NCBI GenBank assembly: GCA_965220935.1
Contig: OZ244857.1
Location: forward strand, 2,796,450 to 2,860,449
From: Rhodothermales bacterium
GTDB taxonomy: Bacteria > Bacteroidota > Rhodothermia > Rhodothermales > Bin80
Length of the DNA stretch: 64,000 nt
Direction: 5' to 3'
The position numbers and the translations under genes are program-made. Below, piece after piece: positions 30,355-38,110 of the stretch. Every line of letters starts with the position of its first letter. Within the stretch, counting starts at the first letter, position 1. Under the pieces are notes generated by a model. The model did not search any database. It saw nothing but the letters and a program-made list of their open reading frames with translations, and was not told where the DNA came from.

Positions 30355-30750
30355 GATCCCGTAGCTCAGTTGGAAGAGCATCTGACTTTAAGTCACGGAG
30401 CCTTATTCAAGAAACTGAATAAGTGGAGGCTGCTATATGCTGGAACCCCCTAAAGCCGTTGCTACGTCGTCACACGTAATAATGCAACGGATAACGATGG
30501 GCAATCAGCAGGCAACCTTGATTGGCCAGTTCTATCATCCCTAAACCGTGCCGAGTTTAGGGGAGTTTTCTGGTCGTATCTGCTGTACGGCGGATTCAAG
30601 AGAGCCCTCAGAGGCCATACGCGGCCCACCCGCCTTCATGATTATGAAAGGGTGAAGAGATGGTCCAGACCACAACACACTATGATGGCCGGTGAAAGCC
30701 GGTGTGGTAAGTTAATCAGAGGGTCCCAGGTTCGAGCCCTGGCGGGATCA
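30355..30750 (+). tRNA. tRNA-Lys(UUU), intron-containing (exons 30355-30388 and 30712-30750)
   Basis: Joined exons give a 73-nt cloverleaf: acceptor GATCCCG/CGGGATC plus A73, D-arm GCTC/GAGC, anticodon stem TCTGA/TCAGA with loop CT-TTT-AA, T-arm CCAGG-TTCGAGC-CCTGG. CCA is not encoded. Confidence 0.92.
30389..30711 (+). ncRNA. group I self-splicing intron (323 nt, no ORF)
   Basis: Follows exon U34 and ends in G. IGS GAG (30398-30400) pairs with exon CUU. P2 CTTATTCA/TGAATAAG; P3 GGCTGC/GCGGCC; P4 TGCTG/CAGCA; P7 GA-GGCCA/TGGTCC; P8 CACCC/GGGTG; J8/7 GAAGAGA; P9 with GAAA tetraloop. Confidence 0.93.
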
Positions 30751-30756
30751 CAACTA

Positions 30757-30840
30757 GCCCGGGTGGCGGAACAGGTAGACGCGCTGTCTTGAGGGGGCAG
30801 TGCCCTTACGGGCGTGCTGGTTCGATTCCAGTCCCGGGCA
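30757..30840 (+). tRNA. tRNA-Leu(GAG)
   Basis: GCCCGGG/CCCGGGC-type acceptor, anticodon arm CTGTC-TTGAGGG-GGCAG, long variable arm GCCC-TTAC-GGGC, T-loop TTCGATT. Confidence 0.95.
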
Positions 30841-30928
30841 CATCCACATGTTGTCATGCTCCTTACAGATCTGCTTGATCCATTATCGTGAGTGCACTTA
30901 CTGAAATCTGTGGCATGTAAAGATCACA

Positions 30929-31363
30929 ATGGATTCGTCCGCCCAATTCGTCCCGAAGTACAATAAACCAGAATCTCCTGGAGTCTGGATGAATTTTGAC
31001 AACTCTGTATCAATATACATGATTGTCACTCAAACGATGACCTTCGCCGAGGCGGCTCGGTCTGCATTTGATCTCCTTAAAGATGCACAGCATCGGTTCC
31101 CAGACTGGCCTCGCAACTTCTATCTTGACATTGACGGGCATCACCACCCTGAGCATGGCTTTCTTGATGATTGGATTGAATTTCAACAAGAGTTCTGGTT
31201 CTCTACACTCGCGCCATTTTTGACGGGATTTGATTTACCGCTGACGGGTCCATTACTTAATCCTGATGCACAGAAAAATAACATTCCAGATTCACTTGCT
31301 ATTCAAGGAGGAACTCAAATTCAGAGCAATGGAACCGTCACTAATGTTTTCAGTCATACATAA
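30929..31363 (+). CDS. hypothetical protein
   Basis: 144-aa ORF with protein-like composition, ending 8 nt before the ABC ATPase. Confidence 0.65.
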   Translation: MDSSAQFVPKYNKPESPGVWMNFDNSVSIYMIVTQTMTFAEAARSAFDLLKDAQHRFPDWPRNFYLDIDGHHHPEHGFLDDWIEFQQEFWFSTLAPFLTGFDLPLTGPLLNPDAQKNNIPDSLAIQGGTQIQSNGTVTNVFSHT

Positions 31364-31371
31364 CGCTATCT

Positions 31372-32529
31372 ATGAATCAAACTCAAAAAGAGCCTATAGA
31401 TAGCGACATACGCCACACTCCATCAGAACTTGATCGCAACAAGACCCATGTTGAATTCAATATGGTCAGCAAAAGTTATGATGGCCATGTTCGGGTCATC
31501 AAAGATCTCAATCTGAACATTCATGTTGGTGAATTTGTAACTTTGCTGGGGCCATCAGGATCTGGAAAAACCACAATTTTGATGATGCTCGCGGGCTTTC
31601 AGTCACCAACTAGCGGAGAAATTTTACTTGATGGACAGCCGATTCAAGATCTTCCCGCACGGAAACGCGGGATTGGAATGGTCTTCCAAAACTATGCTCT
31701 CTTTCCACACATGACTGTCGGTGATAATCTTGCATTCCCACTGGAAGTTCGTGGTATCGGATCGCAGGAGCGTAAAAATCGGGTCAATCGGGTTTTAGAT
31801 CTCGTCCAGCTTGATGGGTTTGCTGACCGTCGCCCAAATCAGCTCTCTGGCGGTCAGCAACAGCGAGTCGCCATTGCCCGTGCCCTAGTCTTTGAGCCCT
31901 CTCTTGTACTGATGGATGAACCCTTAGGCGCGCTTGACCGAAGCCTCAGAGAGGAAATGCAATACGAAATTCGTCGTATTCATCGTAGCTTAGATGTGAC
32001 GATCGTCTATGTGACCCATGATCAACAGGAAGCGATGGTCATGTCAGATAGGATCGCCGTTCTGCGTAACGGTATCATTGATCAAATTGCCGTTCCTGAG
32101 GGATTATATGAAGCCCCAACTAGCGCATTTGTTGCACGTTTTATTGGCGAAAGCAATCAACTACATGGGCGTGTCACCGCATTGATAGAGCAGGATAACG
32201 TATGCGTTGTAGACACTGGAGTCGAAATAATTCGCGCTTTGAAAGTTACCCCATGTGCGATTGGCGACAGTGTAACTCTCTCAATTCGACCTGAACGCAT
32301 CAAGATTAACCCCGAAATCGGAGATTATACTAACGAAGTGCAAGGCACTGTAGAGGACATGACATTTTTAGGGGATCAGTTACGAATCAGATTGGCAACC
32401 TGTGGACGAAATGACTTCATCGCTACAATCCCAAATATCGTTGGTCATGGTGGATTGGTGACAGGAGATTCTGTTCATGTCGGATGGACGGTTGTTGACT
32501 GTCGGGCGCTAGACTATGAACATTCATAA
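31372..32529 (+). CDS. potA: polyamine-type ABC transporter ATP-binding subunit
   Basis: GPSGSGKT, FQNYALFPHM, LSGGQQQR and MDEPLGALD motifs; TOBE-like C-terminus. Confidence 0.9.
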   Translation: MNQTQKEPIDSDIRHTPSELDRNKTHVEFNMVSKSYDGHVRVIKDLNLNIHVGEFVTLLGPSGSGKTTILMMLAGFQSPTSGEILLDGQPIQDLPARKRGIGMVFQNYALFPHMTVGDNLAFPLEVRGIGSQERKNRVNRVLDLVQLDGFADRRPNQLSGGQQQRVAIARALVFEPSLVLMDEPLGALDRSLREEMQYEIRRIHRSLDVTIVYVTHDQQEAMVMSDRIAVLRNGIIDQIAVPEGLYEAPTSAFVARFIGESNQLHGRVTALIEQDNVCVVDTGVEIIRALKVTPCAIGDSVTLSIRPERIKINPEIGDYTNEVQGTVEDMTFLGDQLRIRLATCGRNDFIATIPNIVGHGGLVTGDSVHVGWTVVDCRALDYEHS

Positions 32530-32541
32530 TCACAGAAACTC

Positions 32542-33642
32542 ATGAATCATTCCATTAAACTACTCACCATCTTAATGATGATAACTCTGTTTTCATCGGC
32601 GTGTGAAACTAGTGAGCCTCGTTCAGTTACAGCGATTTCTTGGGGAGGCTCCTACGGAAAGGCGGTCAATGAAGGGGTCAATATTCCTTTTACCGACTCA
32701 ACAGGCATTACTGTTAATGTTGAGGATTACAATGGAGGCCTCGCTCAAATTCGTGGGCAGGTAGAAATTGGAAATATTTACTGGGATGTCGTTGACTTGG
32801 AAATCGCTGATGCGGTTCGTGGATGCGATGAAGGGCTTTTGGAACCCCTTGACATTAACTCCCTGCCTGATGGCCTTGATGGAACCCCCGCTCACGAAGA
32901 TTTTCCTGCCGAGGTTCAAACCGAATGTGGTGTGGGAAGTCTTTATTATTCTACCATCTACGCCTACAATGATAACACGATTAGCGATATTTCTGATATA
33001 AAACCTATGACGATGGCAGACTTTTTTGACCTAGACAAATTCCCTGGCCGCAGGGGAATGCGACGCGTTCCCCAAGTCAATATTGAGTTCGCTTTAATTG
33101 CAGATGGGATTCCACTAGATAAGGTTTATTCTGTCATGAGCACATCCGAGGGGCTTGATCGAGCATTTACCAAGCTCAATACGATCAAGGATGAAGTCAT
33201 CTGGTGGGAAGCAGGTGCTCAACCACCTCAAATGCTTGCTGACGGTGAAGTCATGATGAGTACTGCATACAATGGGCGCATCTTCAACGCACAAATTCTT
33301 GAGAACCAACCATTTGTGATCGTATGGGATGGGCAACTGTTAGATATAGGACAGATTTCAATTGTTAAAGATACCCCACGTTTAGAAGAGGCGCTTGAAT
33401 ACATTTTTTTCGCGACCAGTGCCGAATCCTTGGCTAGAATTTCCAGTCGAATTTCATATTCTCCTGCGCGTAAATCAGGAATGTCCTTGGTGAACACACA
33501 CATTATAGCTGGTATAGAGATGGAACCACATCTGCCTGCCAGCCCCGCCAATGTGGCCAACGCTTTGCAGTATGACTGGAAGTGGTGGGTTGATCATCAA
33601 GATGAGATGAACGAGCGGTTTAGCGCATGGTTGGCCCTCTAA
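32542..33642 (+). CDS. ABC transporter substrate-binding lipoprotein (PotD/PotF-like)
   Basis: Lipobox FSSA/C; SWGGSY, WDVVD, DFFDLDKFPGRRG and TAYNGR motifs. Confidence 0.88.
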   Translation: MNHSIKLLTILMMITLFSSACETSEPRSVTAISWGGSYGKAVNEGVNIPFTDSTGITVNVEDYNGGLAQIRGQVEIGNIYWDVVDLEIADAVRGCDEGLLEPLDINSLPDGLDGTPAHEDFPAEVQTECGVGSLYYSTIYAYNDNTISDISDIKPMTMADFFDLDKFPGRRGMRRVPQVNIEFALIADGIPLDKVYSVMSTSEGLDRAFTKLNTIKDEVIWWEAGAQPPQMLADGEVMMSTAYNGRIFNAQILENQPFVIVWDGQLLDIGQISIVKDTPRLEEALEYIFFATSAESLARISSRISYSPARKSGMSLVNTHIIAGIEMEPHLPASPANVANALQYDWKWWVDHQDEMNERFSAWLAL

Positions 33643-34838
33643 CATCGTCTAGTGGGCTTGGAACACGACTCAGAGCTTTAGGACTTGTCGCTCCCCTTGT
33701 GATCTTCGTTGGTGTCACCTTTGTCGCTCCACTGGGGACAATGTTGATGCGCAGTCTGTATGATCCAGTCGTTGCTGATGCGCTACCACAGACTCTGACT
33801 CTGCTTGAACAGTGGAATGGTCATGGACTTCCGAGTGAAGTGGTCTATGCGACGATAGCGAAAGAAATAAAGCAGGCATCTACTGAGCGAACACTTGGTC
33901 AGATATCTGGGAGAATTAACCGAGTTCAAGGTGGATTTCGCAGTACGGCGACTCGCACAGCCCGAGAGCTACTCTCAGTGCAGAGTGGATCTTGGCATGT
34001 GTCAATGATCGCAATTGATTCTATGTGGGCTGATCCAGCGACTTGGAATGCGATCAAGGTTACTGGGCAGCGCTTTAGCACACGTCATTATTGGAATGCT
34101 CTGGATCTTCAGATTCTTTCAAACGGCTCTATTGTCAAACAGCCTGAAGAGAGGCGTATCTATATCCGATTATTTTTGAGAACTTTACTTGTGAGCGGAA
34201 TCATTACGCTACTCTGTCTGATTCTGGGGTATCCTATCGCGCATCTGATTGCCAACTCGTCACCGAGTCGTGCAAACTTGCTCCTGATTTTAGTTCTAAT
34301 TCCATTTTGGACTTCACTTCTAGTACGAACCACTTCATGGATCGTATTACTTCAAACTCAGGGAGTTCTGAACGATCTTTTTGTTTCTATTGGTTTGATC
34401 AGTGACGATGGGCGACTATCAATGATCTATAATATGACGGGGACTATCGTAGCAATGACGCATGTGCTACTACCATTCATGGTTTTACCCCTCTACGCTG
34501 TGATGCGTGGGATCTCTCCAACTCATATGAATGCTGCCGCGTCACTAGGAGCAACCCCTCTGCAGGCTTTTCTGCGTGTCTACTGGCCTCAATCTCTGCC
34601 TGGAGTTGGGGCAGGGTCTCTGCTGGTATTCATCATAGCCATCGGCTATTATATCACACCAGCCCTGGTTGGTGGTAGCGATGGGCAGTTGATATCAAAT
34701 ATGATCGCCTATCACATGCAAACCTCTCTTAATTGGGGATTAGCTGCTGCACTGGGAGGTATCTTATTTGTTGGTGTATTAATTCTTTATGCCGTCTATG
34801 AACGACTCATTGGAATTGATAGGATCGGGTTAAGATGA
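33627..34838 (+). CDS. ABC transporter permease (PotB-like)
   Basis: LGYPIA, PFWTSLLVR, HVLLPFMVLP and AAASLGA (EAA-like) motifs. Confidence 0.9.
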   Translation: MVGPLTSSSGLGTRLRALGLVAPLVIFVGVTFVAPLGTMLMRSLYDPVVADALPQTLTLLEQWNGHGLPSEVVYATIAKEIKQASTERTLGQISGRINRVQGGFRSTATRTARELLSVQSGSWHVSMIAIDSMWADPATWNAIKVTGQRFSTRHYWNALDLQILSNGSIVKQPEERRIYIRLFLRTLLVSGIITLLCLILGYPIAHLIANSSPSRANLLLILVLIPFWTSLLVRTTSWIVLLQTQGVLNDLFVSIGLISDDGRLSMIYNMTGTIVAMTHVLLPFMVLPLYAVMRGISPTHMNAAASLGATPLQAFLRVYWPQSLPGVGAGSLLVFIIAIGYYITPALVGGSDGQLISNMIAYHMQTSLNWGLAAALGGILFVGVLILYAVYERLIGIDRIGLR

Positions 34839-35659
34839 TCACTTCCACACGACCGAGAATCGGTCGAATTGTGTATTTGGCGATTTGCGCATCAATTTTT
34901 GTATTTCTGATGGCACCGATCATCGTTATCGTTCCTTTGAGCTTTAATGCCGAGCCTTATTTTACCTTTACTGAGGGGATGCTACGTCTGGATCCTGAGG
35001 CGTGGTCATTAAGGTGGTATCGTGAAATTATAACCAGTGATGCTTGGACGAAGAGTTTGATCAATAGTCTAGTGATCGGTGTCAGTGCGACCATCCTTTC
35101 AACGATCCTCGGCACACTGGCTGCTTTGGGGCTTGCGAGTCCAGCCATTGTTGCGCGGCGAACGATCATGGGAATCATCATTTCGCCGATGATTACGCCA
35201 GTGATCATTGCAGCGGCGGGTATGTTCTTCTTCTATTCTGGACTTGGCCTGGGTCAGACGCATCTGAGTATCATTCTGGCGCATACTGTGTTAGGGGTTC
35301 CTTTTGTTGTGGTGACTGTGACGGCAACCCTTGCATCCTATGATACGACGCTCAATCAGGCAGCTGCGAGTTTGGGCGCAGGCCCATGGACAATTTTTCG
35401 GCGAGTGCAATTTCCACTGATTGCTCCAGGGGTACTCTCTGGTGGCCTTTTTGCATTTGCAATTTCATTTGATGAGGTCGTGGTCATCTTATTCATGGGG
35501 GGACTTGATCAGCGAACGATTCCACGTCAGATGTGGGCAGGCATCAGGGAGCAGATTAGCCCTGCAATTTTAGCAGTCGCTACCTTCCTGATTGTATTTG
35601 CAATGCTCCTGCTACTAACAGTAGGATGGTTGCAACGCAAAGGAGGGTCTCAGCAGTGA
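34835..35659 (+). CDS. ABC transporter permease (PotC-like)
   Basis: PLSFN, LAHTVLGVPFV, AAASLGA and SFDEVV motifs. Confidence 0.9.
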   Translation: MITSTRPRIGRIVYLAICASIFVFLMAPIIVIVPLSFNAEPYFTFTEGMLRLDPEAWSLRWYREIITSDAWTKSLINSLVIGVSATILSTILGTLAALGLASPAIVARRTIMGIIISPMITPVIIAAAGMFFFYSGLGLGQTHLSIILAHTVLGVPFVVVTVTATLASYDTTLNQAAASLGAGPWTIFRRVQFPLIAPGVLSGGLFAFAISFDEVVVILFMGGLDQRTIPRQMWAGIREQISPAILAVATFLIVFAMLLLLTVGWLQRKGGSQQ

Positions 35660-35759
35660 TTGACTGGTGACTAGCTTGATTCACGAAATCAACTGGTCTG
35701 GCATTCATTCCTTTATGTCACAGACTAATTACAATCTCATTGAAGCGTGGTGGTCGTTA

Positions 35760-36767
35760 TCATTTATCTTCCCATATCATTCTAATTGGAATGGCATACA
35801 TCCCATCGCCAAAACTTCCGCATACCTCTCCATCATATAATACTGCACCAGACTTGAATCTATCGCCTTCATCAGACTTGAGTTTTCTAAGTCCCTTAAA
35901 ATCCGAGTTTACGACCGTTGCAGAGGCCTGCACTTCAATACCAACTAATTCATTAGAACCTAATTCAACCACTAAGTCAACTTCCACCCCATCTTTATTA
36001 CGATAATGGTAGAACTCATATGGGTCTTGTGAATAACTTGCCTGTCGCTTCAGTTCTTGGAAAACAAACGTCTCAAGAAGTTGCCCAAAAAGGGATTTAT
36101 CTTTCATCAATGACTGAGAGTCCACACGAAGTAGTGTGCACGCTAATCCTGTATCACAAATATGAACCTTTGGCTACTTGACGAGTCGTTTCATCCTGTT
36201 ACTATGCCAGGGCAACTGCCGTTCAATCAGAAATTGCCTCTCAAGTAATATTAGGTAATCTCGGATGGTGTTTCGAGTTATTTTGAACTGGGAAGCTATG
36301 TCGGTCACATTGAAAAGTTGTCCAGTTAAATGAGCAACTGATCTGAGAATCTTAGGTAATATATCTGCCGAATGAATCTTTGCCAAATGTAAAATATCTT
36401 TTTGAATGAGAGCAGTCGCATAACTACGATACCAAGAAATACGACTCTGCTCTGTGGGGCTTTTTAGTGCGACTGGATATCCACCTGCAACGACTCGATC
36501 GGCCAGATTTTTATCGAGACGATCAGCGCGTTGAGTCTGAAAATCACCTGTAATCAGCCTCTCCAAAAAATTTGGTGATTGCGAGTCTTCAATTTCGTGC
36601 TGAGATAGCGGGTACAGGTTGACGATTTCCATTCGGCCTGTAAGTGCATCAACGAGGTCGGGAGCATAGAATAGATTGGTGGAGCCTGTCAAAATGAATC
36701 TTCCTGGCACTCTATGACGATCAACAGACATCTTAATAGCCCTACATAAAAATAAGTGAATACTCAC
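35760..36767 (-). pseudogene. AAA_14/DUF4143 ATP-binding protein, 5'-truncated with an internal stop
   Basis: PGRFILTGS, LTGR, GGYP, KRLVK*PKVHICDTGL (in-frame TAG at 36174-36176), LETFVFQEL and EVDLV..IEV motifs; Walker A region missing. Confidence 0.85.
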
Positions 36768-38110
36768 TATTCTGCAGATTGGGAGAAATCAAGAGAACGA
36801 GCAACTCGAATCCATTGATCATAGCTATGCATGTCGCTTTTGAGAATTTCATTTAAACTTTTGATTATCTTGTCCGCACTGTCTTTATCCAGTCCAGATG
36901 AGAGAGCTTTGAAACCATGAGCTAATAAACCATGATTCCGTGCACGAACATATTCTTTTTTATCTTCATCCAACAGGTCAGTAGCCATTGGGTCTTTTAA
37001 GATATTCTTCAAGAATCTAAAAGTCTGTGATTTACTGGAAGTACAAAAACCCTTAACACAAGTCATTTGATTTGACTTCTTTTTCCGCAAATAATTATTA
37101 AATTCTTGTACCCTCTCATCATTCTCTGGGAGCCGACCACTATCATAGCCATGATCAAAAAGTCGCGCTTGTCCAATTAGTTCTAAAACACGATACCATC
37201 TGGTACCAGCATCTTCAAAATGTCCATCTCGAAATCTACGTTCAGCGTTGGCCAATAAGTCATATGCTAAGTATCTGGTATAAACCGCCATTCTTTTCTC
37301 GTATTGATTTGAATCAATCTCTCTGTTCGGGACATTAGCAAGTAGAGTCATCCACTCTTTCATGTCATGAGTTGGTGAAAAATCTCCTGCTGCTATAATC
37401 ATCTCTTCATCGGTACTCATCAACTCAAGTGCACCCTGATAATCAAAGCGATCCCATGCAGCATAAATCTTAGCAACATAGACATATGCACTTAATCGTA
37501 TATGCCTAGATTCTGAAATACTCTCCAGATGAAAAGAATTTTTGATGGACAATATTGAAATTGCTTCAAAATCACCACGACGCATTAGACGTTCAACAAT
37601 AATAATTTGTTGACGAACATTGGCAATCTCGGGGTTGACCGCTCTAATCTTCTCAGCGCCAGCAATCACCCTACCTCCATCTCCTCGCTTACCTTCCACG
37701 TATCGTAAGCAAGGAATATTCCATGCAACCCCTGCTAAAACCAGTGCTGCACTCATTGCTTTGGTACCTCGCGTAAAATCTATGGTGATAGATTTAGAGG
37801 GCACATCACCTGATTTAATGAGTTTCTCAAGAATTTCATCAAAATGGGCAAAACAGGCATCAGTATCGTTTTCATCACCGTCTTCTGGAATCGGATGAAT
37901 TACCACAGACAAGTCACGGTTACGTCGCTCAATCTCTTTAGCCTGTTTCTTGGTAGACTGTGATGGCAACAAAATCACTTGATTCCAACCGCCATCGTTT
38001 ATACTCTTTTGCAGGGGAGTATAAAGAGAATCATCTAAGTTGTTCTGATTACCAGTTCCAATAGTAAGAATAAGAACCTTCCTCCCCATTTTAGATGTAT
38101 TCATCTCCAC
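36767..38110 (-). CDS. CRISPR-associated CARF-HEPN effector (TIGR02710/Csm6-Csx1-like)
   Basis: VLILTIGTG and IDFTRGTKAMSAAL (CARF); YRVLELIGQ; C-terminal RNHGLLAHG (HEPN). Confidence 0.88.
   Translation of the reverse strand: MEMNTSKMGRKVLILTIGTGNQNNLDDSLYTPLQKSINDGGWNQVILLPSQSTKKQAKEIERRNRDLSVVIHPIPEDGDENDTDACFAHFDEILEKLIKSGDVPSKSITIDFTRGTKAMSAALVLAGVAWNIPCLRYVEGKRGDGGRVIAGAEKIRAVNPEIANVRQQIIIVERLMRRGDFEAISILSIKNSFHLESISESRHIRLSAYVYVAKIYAAWDRFDYQGALELMSTDEEMIIAAGDFSPTHDMKEWMTLLANVPNREIDSNQYEKRMAVYTRYLAYDLLANAERRFRDGHFEDAGTRWYRVLELIGQARLFDHGYDSGRLPENDERVQEFNNYLRKKKSNQMTCVKGFCTSSKSQTFRFLKNILKDPMATDLLDEDKKEYVRARNHGLLAHGFKALSSGLDKDSADKIIKSLNEILKSDMHSYDQWIRVARSLDFSQSAE

Noticed and set aside
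30389-30711. Group II intron, as in plastid trnK(UUU)
   Set aside because: No GUGYG start, no domain V or AY end, and no maturase; the group I core elements are clear.
30355-30750. Reading the split tRNA as tRNA-Asn(GUU) via ..GACT + GTTAATC..
   Set aside because: That junction would make the intron end in A rather than the obligatory G and loses the CUU/GAG P1 pairing. A73 also fits Lys rather than Asn.
30642-30857. Short ORFs overlapping tRNAs or antisense to long genes (this one and many similar in the track)
   Set aside because: Shadow frames with no motifs, explained by the overlapping real features.
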